In this document: one piece after another, positions 12,409-24,139 of the stretch
How the letters are laid out: each line of letters starts with the position of its first letter
Position numbering within the stretch: position 1 is the stretch's first letter
NCBI RefSeq assembly: GCF_004010195.1
Contig: NC_057718.1
Coordinates: 79,551,721-79,601,025 of the forward strand
DNA: 49,305 nucleotides
Origin: Chiloscyllium plagiosum
Lineage: Eukaryota
Direction: 5' to 3'
Program-made: the position numbers and the translations under genes
Notes under the pieces: model-generated
The model's input: only the letters and a program-made list of their open reading frames with translations
Databases searched by the model: none
What the model was told of the DNA's origin: nothing

Positions 12409-12694
12409 ACTAATATACTGTAGTATGCTATATAACATTTCTAAATTCTGCAAAACGCTAGAGTATCAAATTCATGATAGAAATACATTTACTAATGTAC
12501 TGCACAATATAACTTTTGTACAGGACTTTAAATGTTCTAATTTAGTTTCATTAAGAGAACAGAGATAGTCTTTATCCATAAGGGGTTTGAGATGGATGAT
12601 TACTGTAATTATGATACTGTGTTAATAACATTAATAACCAGGACAATTGAGCTTCTGAGCACATTACAGTCCTATTCCATGGAGAAAAGAGCTG

Positions 12695-13445
12695 AGCTCT
12701 TGACATGAAGTGAGAGTGACTGCCCTTGACACAAAGATTGTATTTGACTGAGTGTGGCATCAAGGAACACTAGCAAAATAGTAGTCAATGGGAATGGGGG
12801 GAGAAGTCTCCATTGGTTGGAGCCATATTTGGTGAAAAGAAAGAAGGTAATAGTTGTTGAAGGTTTGTCATCTCAGCTCCAAGACATCATTGCAGGAGCT
12901 CCACAGCATAGGGTCAATGATCTTCAGCTGCTTCATCAATGACCTTTCCTCCATTATGAGGTCAGAAGTGGGAATGTTTACTGATGATTGCACAGTGACT
13001 TTCATGAATTATCAGAATCTGAATCAGTCCATGTCCACGCTCATCAAGACCAGCTTGGAGTGATATTTGGCAAGTAACTTTTGTCTCATACAAATGCCAG
13101 GCAATAATCGTCTTTAATAAGAAAAAAATCTCATCGTCTCCCCTCAACATTCAATGGCATTATCTCCACTATCAACATCTTGGGAGTTACCATTCACCAG
13201 AAAGGGAAATATTGTGGCCACAAAAGACAAACAGAGGCTAGGAATTTTGCAATGAGTAACTCCCAGAGCCTATTCACCATCTATGAGGTACAAGTCGTCA
13301 ATGTGACAACATACCCCATACTTATCTGGATGAGGGCAGCTCCAACATCATTCAAGAAGTTTGAAATAATACAAGATAAAAGAATCTGTTTGACTGGTAC
13401 CCTCTCCATCACCTTCAACATTCACTCCCTCCCACACTAATGCAC
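12695..13445 (+). mobile_element. LINE RT fragment, same family as 37860-41558
   Basis: WLEPYL..KKVIVVEGLSSQLQDIIAGAPQ, IFSCFINDLSSIMRSEVGMFTDD. Confidence 0.85.
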
Positions 13446-14091
13446 AGTGTAATCTTTTTGCATCATACAACAGGAACAAATTATTGTAGTGCATAGATTG
13501 CTCAATAAAGCTATTTAATTTGTTTGATTGTAGAATATTTCCCACAGCACAGTCTTGACTTTTGCACAAAGTATTATATATTAAATTATTCTTTGGAAAA
13601 ACTTTTATCTTGCTATTTTAAAAATCTTGCAGCAGAAAGTAAACAGAAGAAATAATGGTTTTGTTGCATCATGCAAGGCCATCTGCCTCCCAGGTGTCTC
13701 TGCATCATTTCTCGGGTACGAGCGATCTGTTTAAATGAACTTTATTTAATATTTATTTGGCAGCGCCACCAAATAGAATAAATAAGAATGCCTTGAGGCG
13801 CAGAGAGGCACAGTATACCAAAGTGTCCTCTGCGAATTGAAGTCAGGCCATTAGTTTTTAACAATTCCACCACTGACTGCTGCAAGGCAGAACTCTAATG
13901 GTGCTAAGAGACATGCAACACCATTCTCTGCAGGTAATTTCAAACCTGAAAATGTCTTTGGCATTAGTTTTTTGTCACAGAAGGTCTAGCAAGAAAAGAT
14001 TAGAAAGGTTAATCAGATGTCAGAGGTATGGCTTTGAAAACATTACTCCCATGATTAGACTTTGAAGTATTTTTTGCTGCGGTAAAGGGGA

Positions 14092-14119
14092 CAACTCACA
14101 CACACACGCACACACACAC
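14092..14119. repeat. Short (CA)n microsatellite
   Basis: CACACACACACGCACACACAC. Confidence 0.85.
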
Positions 14120-14967
14120 TTCTACTTCCCCATTCTTGCTCCAATCATGTAAGCACAGTATTCAATTGAAGATAATGACAATATGCAACTGTATGTCATT
14201 TAAATATTGAGGCAGGAAGCATCACTAAGCTTTAAGCCAAAGAGCTAGTTTTTCAGCTCCCCTATTACTAATTATATAGTCAAATCTATCCCTTTGGTGA
14301 TAGTAGATTAATTCCTCTTTATCATTTTTTAAAAGACCCAGAATATTTCAAAACTGATTATGTTCCTGGTTTGAGGCAAACATGAGTTTTCTTTTTAATT
14401 AGTATGATAAACAAAGAATGAAGCTATGTTGCTGACAGCAGACAGTAAGAAAATAATTTACTCAATGTTATTAGGGTCAAGCACCAGTTGCAGTGGGCTA
14501 GTTAGTGTCTGCAATCACTTGAGTATTACTCAACACTTTCACTAAGATATTTGGCAGATATCCCTCTTCAATGTAACCTTTATTCTATGTAACAGAGATA
14601 TTTGAGGGAAAAATAATTATTCAGTACTAGCTGAATAGTACTGCATGGTTTTGCTCACATATAGTAAAGCATTTGGTGAACATGTTGAACAGTTCGTGAC
14701 TAATCTGACTAAAGCCCACTAACTAGGTTCTCACTTCAGGGAAGAGTTAAAAGTGATTCTAGACTGATCTAGATTCTGTCCTTGGTTACTTTCTATAATG
14801 ACTCTAAAGTTAGAAAAAAGTTCAGGAAGTAAATGGGTTTCTTATTATTTTACTACTTTTAAAATTGTTCAGCTGTGATTTGTTTTTCACAAAATATAAC
14901 ATCTGGATTATTACAAATACTTTCAAAACTTTTCATTAAAACATATAAAAAATAGATCCTTCAAAAC

Positions 14968-15292
14968 AGTACTGAGGCACTGCTGCATTATCACTGTGCT
15001 GTGCTTTGGAAGGCTCTGACTGTCTTCTCAAGTAGTTGAAACAAGTTCTTAACACTTTTAAAAGACAATTCAAAGATTTTTGCAGAAAATTCTCCCAGTA
15101 CCCTGACCAACTTTAATCCCTAAACATATAGTGTTGAACACATTATGTGATCTTCGCTGTTTGCAGAACTTCATTGTGCAGAAATTGGCAATTGCATTTC
15201 ACTACATTACAATAGTGACTTCACTTCCTTGGCTGTTAATAGCTTTTGAAACATCCTTAGATTGTGAAAGTCACATTATAAATTCATATTCT
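14968..15292 (+). mobile_element. Ancient DeuSINE-like relic (SacSINE1/AmnSINE1 type)
   Basis: CAGTACTGAGG..CTGCTGCA..., TTCTCCCAGTACCCTGACCAA, TGTGCAGAAATTGGC, CTACATTACAATAGTGACT..CACTTC..TTGGCTGT match the Deu-domain SINE consensus as recalled. Confidence 0.7.
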
Positions 15293-15509
15293 TACTTCCT
15301 TTCCATTTATATTTCAAACTACCTCTATATTCTCTGGTTTAATTAATGATATTTAAAGTAAGTAATAAACATTGACTGGATTCTGTTATCCAGATAACAG
15401 TACAATATTGGTACAAATGAAAATAGAGCTGAAAACTTGCAAAAGTTGATAATCATGATTATTGTCATTATCATGATCATCATTAAATACTGTAAGGATC
15501 AGACTTCAA

Positions 15510-15855
15510 AGTAATGAAAGGTGTGGATAGAGTTGATGGTAGTTGTTTTTTCCCTAAGATGGTGAATATCAAGACTAGGGGGCACATTTTTAAGGTGAGA
15601 CAAGAGCAAGCTAAAAAAGACGTAAGAGGCAAATCTTTTACACAGAAGGTGGATCGCATGTGGAATGAATGTCCTGAGAAAGTGGTGGATGTGGGTACAA
15701 TTGCAATGTTAAAAGACTTTGGATGGATACATGAATAGGAAAGGTTAGGAGGGATATGAGCCAGGAGCAGGCAGGTGGGACTAGTTTAGTTTGGGATTAT
15801 GTTCAGCATGGACTAGTTGGACCGAAGAGTCTGTTTCAGTGCTGTATGACTCTTT
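15510..15855 (+). mobile_element. CR1-clade LINE 3' end
   Basis: ORF 15514-15738 MKGVDRV..FFP..KTRGHIFKVR; tail GTGCTGTATGACTCT. Confidence 0.85.
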
Positions 15856-16560
15856 ACATCTTTATTGTCTGGCATGCAAAGTTCAAAGTGTAAGCATGTT
15901 GTTGTAGCGAGGAAGTAAATAGAGTCTCGGAAACATAGGAACTAGAATGGGAATTATTACTGTCTACTCTTTTCCAGATCCTCAGGTCAGGTTCAGAATC
16001 AGCAGAGATTTACAAAAATCTTGCCCACCTTCTTTGGGCAGATGGCAAGAAGAGACTAAAAAAAAGGAGGGAAAGAACATGAATAAAATGTTTCACCTTC
16101 AAACAAGAAGATGTGATTACAGCGGATTCCACTACTAAAATCATATGATGAATTCACTCTTTTGGGAGAAATCATTTTATTTGCAAATAATTAAAGAGAA
16201 ACATCACTCAATTCAATACAAATTCAAATGCAAAGTGTCATCTTTATATCTTTCAATATCATCAATATTATATATTTGCAATTCCATTGAAGTGTTGTAT
16301 TCCAAAAAAAGGAGACTAATAGTTCGTTTCATTGAGATCAGAAAGCTGACAACTGGGAACTTCCAACCTGACAACATTAAAATTAGACACATGAAACAGA
16401 AAGCTAGATGATAAGCATGGGAAGGTGACAGGAGGCTGAAAGCAAGGACCCAATTTAAAGGGATAATAATTGATGTATTGTAATGCAATGTCAAGGAGAA
16501 CCGACTAGCGGGAAAGGGAAAGGTCAGATGACTGTGGGCACCCGATGCTCCTTTGAGCTG

Positions 16561-16752
16561 TGACTTGGAGGTGCCAGTGTTGGACTGGGGTGGACAAACT
16601 TAAAAAGCACACAGCACCAGGTTCATTTGGAAGCACTAGTTTTTGGAGCGCCGTTGTGTCAACCACCTGATGATGGAATGGTGCTCAGAAAGCTAGTGCT
16701 TCCAAATAAACTTGTTGGACTATAACCTGGTGTTGTGTGATTTTTAACTTTT
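16561..16752. mobile_element. Decayed head-to-head pair of family A pseudo-LTRs
   Basis: Left arm on minus with the terminal extension; right arm on plus with CAC-CTGATGA (16664-16673) and GAAAGCTAGTG (16688-16698); flanks TCCTTTGAGCTG / TCCCTTGAACTG (10/12). Confidence 0.8.
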
Positions 16753-17229
16753 TCCCTTGAACTGGTACTGAAGGTGGTCAGAAATATTGAGGCATCTTGT
16801 CTGCAAAGAGTGGAAGGAGTAGGCCACACAGTCAAACTATGTAGTCCTGGCTGGACATGACAAAGCAAAAGAGTCACAGTATTGTAATAAGGTTTTTGGT
16901 GTATTATTTAGTGGTTTTCACCTTATTTAGGGCCACAATGGTTGCCAGGCATAAAGGTGGCCAATTGCTAAGGCCACTCTGTTGTTCATTGCACTGAGTG
17001 GCTTTCATTTGGGGTAGATTGTTAATTATTAACTATATTGCAGGCTTATGAGCTTCCATTTTTTGATGACAAAATTGCAAAAGAGACAAGAAGTGATAAA
17101 GTCTTTGAACAGGGTTGCTGAGAGGACTGGAATGACGTGTTCCATATTTTGTTGGTCTCAATGCAAAGATTCAAAGGTGGTTGAAACATCTTTCCATTAG
17201 ATGTTTCGTAGAGTTCATGATGAATAATT

Positions 17230-18450
17230 TGACATTAGAGATGACCCTGCCTGTTGTCATGCATGTCAGCTCTTTGAAATTGTATATATGCTGCCCACCT
17301 TTCACAAATATGGCATCAGTGATCTGCGATGTGCAATAATGTACTGCAGTTTGAGAAACATCATCAAGACCTGCAGCCTAGATCTCCTGCTGTGCAACCT
17401 CCTCCTCCAGTAGAGAATGGTGGTCTAGTGCTTCGCCTTCGTTGAGGCCCACATCCCTCTAGCAGATAAGACCAATGTGCAGGACTCCTGCAGAAATGTG
17501 TATAAGGTACCATCCAAACAGTAGAGGCAGCTCAATGGCCTGTACGGTATAAGTTGTTCTGAGCAGTTGGCGTTGGTTGTAGTGATATATCTCTTCAACT
17601 ATTTCTTGGCCCTTAGGAACCATTCACATGGTTTTAGCGATGTGAGTCATACAGTTGACTGCTGGAGGATTAAATCATCTTGGCAGCTGCCAGGAGAGTT
17701 AGCTCACACATGTCGAAAGCATTTGTTGTGGTTGCAGAGGAGCTGAACGTGTAATGTGTGGAAAACTTTCTTATTGACAAATCTTATTGGCTGTTCATTT
17801 GATGCTTTGATGGCTACATTGGTGCAATCCCTGATGCACTTGCAGGAATCCAAGATGGAGGTATATTCTATAGCTAGCTCTTTGAAATTGCATAGATGCT
17901 GCCCAACTTTCACAAGTATGTGATATACAATCATGTGTTGCCACTTGCGAAGCATCACCAAGGTCTACAGTTGATCCTTGAAAAGAGTGAAGAGATTAAA
18001 CAGTTCAAGTCCATGGTGATCTTGATACCTACTGGACAGGCATGGCGAGCAGAACTGTGAGGTTTAAGATCTTGCTCATAAAGGGCAGATATCTCAGACA
18101 CCATCTGTCAATAAGTATGGTCTCCTTTAGTACTGATTCTCTGAGATATCTAGGCAAGCATCTTTTGCAATGGTACACTCGATGCAGAGGAAATGACTTA
18201 ATTGCCTTCTTGCACTCCTTGTGCCAATATTGTAACTCAGCATTATTCCTGAGTACCTTAATGTCATTTCTGGCTGTCGCTCGGCAATCCTGGAGTGTCA
18301 CAGCACCTTCAATTGACCAAGTGCACACAGTCCACTTTCTTCGCTAACTCCTGTTTACCTGATGGCAACTGGGTGAATGAGTGAGCACCCCTCTCAGCCA
18401 TGCATCTTATTACAAACCCATATCACTGAATAGCATGACCAACTCATCCT
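17230..18450 (-). mobile_element. PIF/Harbinger DNA transposon transposase relics
   Basis: ORF 17704-17961: IRDCTNVAIKAS..FVNKKVFHTLHVQLLCNH, followed by ANSPGSCQD; upstream frame FQGSTVDLGDASQVATHDCI. These are decayed HARBI1-like DDE motifs. Confidence 0.8.
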
Positions 18451-18743
18451 CCTGGATGAATTGTAGCTTCCTTCTTCTTGGCCTTTTCCAGGTCTAACAC
18501 GGATACTGTGTCTTCTTTCAAAAACTGCACCTGATATACCCTTAACAAACTAACAAATTATCCACTACTCAGAGTCAGATGGATTGTCGAATTCTGCCAT
18601 TGGTTATCATCAATTTCCAGAAAGACATTCAAAAACCAGTTGTAAAGAATCACATGATCTTTAATGTTTCTCTTTCAACCATTGTTGATTGCAACAAATA
18701 TTTCAATTTGAATCTGTATTGTTTATTTCTTCATTGGGAGCCA

Positions 18744-18816
18744 GCCAGTAGTGTTATGGTAGTGAGCATAGCTGCCTTCCCTGCAGTTGCCTTATGTTTG
18801 ATGCCCAGTCATTGTA
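18744..18816 (+). pseudogene. Degenerate tRNA-Gly(TCC)-derived sequence
   Basis: GTGAGCATAGCTGCCTTCC..GCAGTTG matches the D and anticodon arms of vertebrate tRNA-Gly(TCC); T-arm/B box and acceptor stem are decayed. Confidence 0.65.
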
Positions 18817-20480
18817 GTTTGTCTATTTGCAAAAATGTGTTCTTTTTGTATCAGGGTGTTGTGGTGCAGCAAGGCCTGGGTCAGAAAATATGGGTTCACG
18901 TCTGAACCGCTCTAGATATATATCCTAACATGTCTGAACAGGTTGATTAAAAATATCTATTCCACTATCGGGAAAATCACTGTCCAGAAATCTTTGAAAT
19001 TAACAGCTAAGGTGCACATACATCAGACAACTGAGGTGATTTTAGTGTTCAAATTTCCTACATTAATGGTGTTTTTCAACTGGTATTGTGTCATGTTTTT
19101 AATGCTGTTTATAACAGCTCTTCCAGGACAGCTTACCAGCCAAAAGCAGAAATGTATATATTTTAAAGAGACATTCAGACAGTAAAACAATCTGAAATCT
19201 GGCTATTGCATTCCCAATTTGACGCACTTTTATGAGCTTGCCTTTTCTAAATGTGGTAAAAGCTTGCAGAACCTCAAATTAATAGCACCTCAGATGTACA
19301 AACCAAAAAGCTTTTGCTATATATTCAGACTGCGCTCACAACTCACAATGGGAGTAATTTTGATTTAAGGTAATAATGAAACATGCACAAGACTGGTTCA
19401 GCCTTACATTGGCTCCCCCTCAATAAGATACATATTGTCTTCAATACATAAATATTCAGTTCATGCTATCACTCATGTTACACTAACAACCAAAGTTAAA
19501 AGTACTGCCTTCTGTATTCATAGAAAGACTGCAGCCAATTTTAAGACTAAATTCTCGCAGATTAGTTACTGCCTACAAGATTTGATCCCTTGTCTGCTAG
19601 CCTTGTTAAGGCCTCCTCAACCACTCCCTAAAATAGCTTTCTTCTCTGCCTAATATGTTGGCCTCTGGCCCTACTTAACAAGTATTTTAACGGCTGAAAA
19701 TTCCCTTCATGACATTCTCTAGCAAATCCATACACATTTTGGCAGGGATTTCACACTATGGATGGAACTTTTCAATGTCGGAATGACGTGAGCAATTGTA
19801 ACAAATTTGGCCAGTGTCAGTCAGGTGCTTGGTTCAATCATGATCCAGAGATCTATGTTATTACATTCTAAGGACTGAATCAATCTTGCCAGTTAAATCC
19901 ACCTAGTCTGGGGATTACCAGTAAATCAGTTGGGAGTTGCACAGAGGTTAGTCAGTGGAGCTACTTCATTCTTAGTCAAGACTATCTTCATACATTGGCC
20001 CAAAGGTAGGTGATGGCAGTCCTCGTGTTTGAGCAGTAAACATTAAGAGGTATTATCAGAGGAAAGTGCTTTGTTAAGGAAACTGCGGAAGTCAATCTGG
20101 GTATTGGAGCCAGCATACTAGAATATAGAGGGGATAATCACTGTGGAAGTGTGGGGAGGGAAACTCTAGCTCTGAATGGGAATTGATACAGCATGGGAAG
20201 GCACAGGGTACAGCAGGAATGGGGCTTGCGAGTGTTTGTTCATTGGTGGTCACCATGACCATGACTCTGGGTGTGATGGAGAGACAGTGGACAACTGTGT
20301 TGGGCATGGCTATGTGGTAGGTCAAGGGCTTAGGGGCAAAACTGAGGAGATTGTTAGTTAAATAAAAGAATTGGGTGGGCACATGGGGCAAATCAAAATC
20401 TGGTGAGGTTTAAAGGGACTGAGATGCTGAGTGGAACTTGAAAGGAGGAGTATCTTAAATAACAGGCAGAGCCCTCAACT

Positions 20481-21170
20481 CGGTGGTTAGCACTGCTGCC
20501 TCACAGCACCAGGGAACCAAGTTTGATTCCAGCCTTGGGCGACTGTCTGTGTGGAGTTTGCACAGTCTCCCTGTGCCTGCGTGGGTTTACTCCAGGTGCT
20601 CCGGTTTCCTCCACAATCCAAAGATGTATAGGTTATGTAAATTGCCCACAGTGTTCAGGGATGTGTAGGTTATGTGAATTGCCCACAGTGTTCAGGGATG
20701 TGTAGGTTAGGTGCATTAGATTAGATTACTTACAGTGTGGAAACAGGCCCTTCGGCCCAACAAGTCCACACCGACCCTCTGAAGTGCTACCCACCCAGAC
20801 CCATTCCCCTATATTTACCCCTTCACCTAACAGTACAGGCAATTTAGCATGGCGAATTCAGCTAACCTGCACATTTTTTTTGGACTGTGGGAGGAAACCA
20901 GAGCACCCGGAGGAAACCCACGCAGACACGGGGAGAATGTGCAAACTCCACACAATCAGTCACCTGAGTTGGGAATTGAACCCGGGTCTCTGGCGCTGTG
21001 AGGCAGCAGTGCTAACCACTGTGCCAACGTGCCTTTACCCATTAGTCAGTGGTAAAGGTAGAGTAATAGGTTAGGGGAATGGTTTTGGGTGGGATACTCT
21101 TCAGAGGGTCTGTGTGGACTTGTTGGGCCGAAGGACCTGTTTCTAGACTGTAGGGATTCTATTCTATTCT
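20481..21170 (+). mobile_element. HE1-type V-SINE (outer), split by a second SINE
   Basis: Head and V-domain at 20481-20719, tail at 21040-21170; internal 37-bp tandem duplication at 20623-20696. Confidence 0.88.
20716..21033 (-). mobile_element. HE1-type V-SINE (inner, nested)
   Basis: Full SINE on the minus strand; CATTAG duplicated at 20714-20719 and 21040-21045. Confidence 0.9.
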
Positions 21171-21354
21171 ACATCTTCTCAAGTACATCTAGAAAGCCTT
21201 CCACCTTTAGCCAAACTCAACACCGTAACAAACATGAAAAATGGTTGCCAGCATGCCCCGTCTTGCACGTAAATAATCAGGCATTCATGAATCCAAAATT
21301 AGACACAAATTCCATTACAAAAATCTGCACATGCATTAACCAATAATGCACTTT

Positions 21355-21453
21355 ACAAAAGCAGAAGTAGCTGGTGAAACTCAGCAGGTCTGGCAACATC
21401 AGTGGAGAGAAAGCAGAGCCAACATTTTGAGTTCAGTGACCCTTCTTCAGAAC
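21355..21453 (-). mobile_element. Pseudo-LTR-type mini-element (family C) with decayed hammerhead motif
   Basis: Minus strand reads GTT-CTGAAGA-AGGGTCACTGAACTC-AAAA-TG-TT, interpretable as CpG-decayed CGAAACGTT; same family as 29083-29312. Confidence 0.7.
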
Positions 21454-21854
21454 ATAGGTTTCTTTGTTTTATTTTAATGTAGATTACAGATCTGGAGTGA
21501 AGTTAAGGTTCTTGGTCCTCTTGTCGTCTTGCTGTTGATGCTGAGCACCAGTGGTTAAAGTGATGTACCAGAGGTCTGCATGCATTTTCAACAGTCATTG
21601 AGCAATCTACTGGACTTTGCTTTCCTGTCCATGGAGACAGTCAGACACATGCATTCCAGATACAGCATGGGACTGGTAACATTAGTGCACACAAATGTTT
21701 GATCCACTTTACCCATGGTCCAAACAAAGCTGCCTGCTGCTCCTGTCTCTGCGCTGACATCGTGGTGGCATCTTCTGCCTGCAGATGAATAGATGCTAGA
21801 TCTTCAGCCATCCTCTGGAGTTTCTTCCTTCACTAGCTTTGGAGATGTGTCAGT

Positions 21855-22027
21855 AACATTTAAAAGGCATTTAAATGGGTTTATGAATAGGAAGGGTTTG
21901 GAGGGATATGGGCTGGGTGCTGGCAGGTGGGACTAGATTGGGTTGGGATATGTGGTCGGCATGGACGGGTTGGACCAAAGGGTCTATTTCCATGCTGTAC
22001 ATCTCCATGACTCTATGACTCTATGAT
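21855..22027 (+). mobile_element. CR1-clade LINE extreme 3' end
   Basis: TTTAAAAGGCATTT...GGACCAAAGGGTCTATTTCCATGCTGTACATCTCCATGACTCTATGACTCTATGA. Confidence 0.85.
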
Positions 22028-22639
22028 GTGCTGACCAGATTGTGCCCCCAAGTTGAATCCAGATAAAATACTCATTGAGGTATCAGTATCTGAGCTTCTG
22101 GGGACTGCAGGAAAAGTCTTCCTGGTGCATCATCTGAGGGACCTATAGGTTTGATCGTCAGTGGCTGCGTAGGTGGCATGAATGTCTGGATAAGACAACA
22201 GAGGGAATGAGTTGCACAATAGAGGTGAAAGCTTGATCAGCTGAAAAATAGGTTCATGGTGTTGGTATTGCAGAAATATTGCAGCTCCGCACAATGCATT
22301 TTAGTTTGTGGTCAGGATATGGAGGTCTTGGCATCTCCAAATGAACAGTCATCATCCTCTTTGTGTGCTCAAGGATTTATTTTCTCCCTGTACAGAATGA
22401 GAAGACACATGTCAGTCATCTGTCTTGGCCCTTTGAGCCCTACTGTGGGCTGTTTACTTCTGCAATGAGACAAAGGGAAGGATTGTATGAGTTGAAAGTG
22501 GTTGGCAGCCATTAATGGTGGTGTAGGTATCCGAGGGGGAGAGCCATTGAGGAAAGATGTGATCTGCAACAGTGAACATGGCTGACCATTAGCCTTGGTG
22601 AGAAGTGTGTGCACTGGCAAAATTAGTGAGTGTGAATTA

Positions 22640-22900
22640 GCAGGGAAGTCATGTGAAGTAGCTGCACCCTTGTGGAGCACAAAAACTAATTAGCCTTCCT
22701 GTAGCATTGCTGCATGTTCCTCTGGATTGTAGACACCACACTGACTCAATGGCTATTTTTGACCAGTCTGACAGCATTGCAATGTCCTTTGACAGTCTGG
22801 GAGAAAGAGTCTTCATCTCCACTATCCTGTCCATCAAGACACCAGTTCTGTCCCTGAGATGACAACTTGCCTCTCTTTGTCATGTCATTTGGAATTGTTG
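22640..22900 (-). mobile_element. Myb/SANT-like ORF relic, probably the accessory gene of a Harbinger transposon
   Basis: Across a frameshift the minus strand gives DWSKIA..VSVVSTIQRNMQQCYRKAN, resembling the W..IA..VS.....R...QC..K.N pattern of MSANTD/Myb-like domains. Confidence 0.5.
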
Positions 22901-23860
22901 AGCAGCAAACTAAGGACAGCTCCTGGCTTGAAGCATTTGAAGTAGTGCACAAAGGGATTTGAACAAAGTATCTGCAGCATGAATGCCAAGGAGGCCCAGC
23001 ATTGGCAAGCACTTCTGCATTTGCTGGATGCAAGATTGTGTAAGAGCATGGCCAAAGAGGCAGGTTGCAAACTCAATTAAGTGAGTAATGGTGATCTGCA
23101 AGAGAAAGGTCACCAAGACTCAAAAAGGAAAACCTTGCAGGAAAGTACTTGAAATTGAGACTTAGCCAAAAATGGGAAAGGTCAGCTCAAATATTCTGAC
23201 CTGATCACATAATTGCTACCCTGTAATATCACAATCATATGTTCAGAGGTATTGTCACACAGGTTACTAGAAGAACCACTTATATTTATAAAGCACCTTT
23301 AGTATATTAAAATGCACCAAGGAGCTAAAGTAGGGCACTTGCATGCCAACTTTAATGAGCAATGTAAGAGATATTGGGCAGACCAAAGCTTCGTCAAAGG
23401 AGCTCACTTTTATTAAGCAACTTAAGAAAGCAGAGACGGAAAGCTGGATGTTGTGTATTTCTGTCAATATGTTGGGACTGTTGCTTTGAGAGACTGATCA
23501 CGTCATGTCTGCCACAATATTCCAGTGAAACCCAACAGGTTCATTTCCCACCCAGGCACTTTAAAATCTTCAAGACACAACATTAACTTCAATAACTTCA
23601 GAACATGAACATGAACACTCTCATCTATTTTTGTTTAATCCTACCCCACCGCTCCTGTGTTTTCTTTTCATCACTTTGCTCTGAGCAAGCCAACCTATTT
23701 TTAACTATCCACAGTTATTATTAGCAACTATTTTGCTTCAAGATCGTTCATTTATTAGCACTAATAATTCATTTGTCTTTTGCTGAGGGCATCTTACATC
23801 CACTCACTCCTCCTCTCCCTTTAACAACAACATTTGTGTTATAATTTTTTAGCTCTTTTC

Positions 23861-24020
23861 AGTTCTGAATTAAACTCACCGGGCTCAAAATGTTCGCTCT
23901 GTTTCTCACTCCATGGCTGCTGTCTGACCTGCTGTGTTTCTCCAATACTTTAAGCTTTCTTTTGCTGTCAGTACATGGTTTGTGTCTGGACTTCGGGCAT
24001 CTTGAACTGCAATTTTTTTC
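23861..24020 (+). mobile_element. Decayed family C-like pseudo-LTR mini-element
   Basis: GTTCTGAA...CTCAAAATGTT.GCTCTGTTTCTC...GCTGTCTGACCTGCTGTGTTTCTCCA...GCATCTT; similar to 21355-21453 and 29230-29312. Confidence 0.6.
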
Positions 24021-24139
24021 TTGTTTGGTTCCAGTTTCATCTGGCAAATTCTGTCAAACAGTCACACTAGATGTGGATCGTGGTCAGCAATACTTTCTTC
24101 CATTGTGCCTCTGCATCCACAAACTAGCAGGTAATTTAC

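Noticed and set aside
13759..13776. CTCF-like motif (CAGCGCCACCAAATAG)
   Set aside because: Only half of the consensus matches; not supportable without a PWM score or ChIP data.
7100..16877. Repeated peptide VKNHTTPGYSPTGL in several ORFs
   Set aside because: Antisense translation of the non-coding family A pseudo-LTR.
20095..20470. Purine-rich segment that might be another retroelement fragment
   Set aside because: No motif could be read with confidence in any frame.
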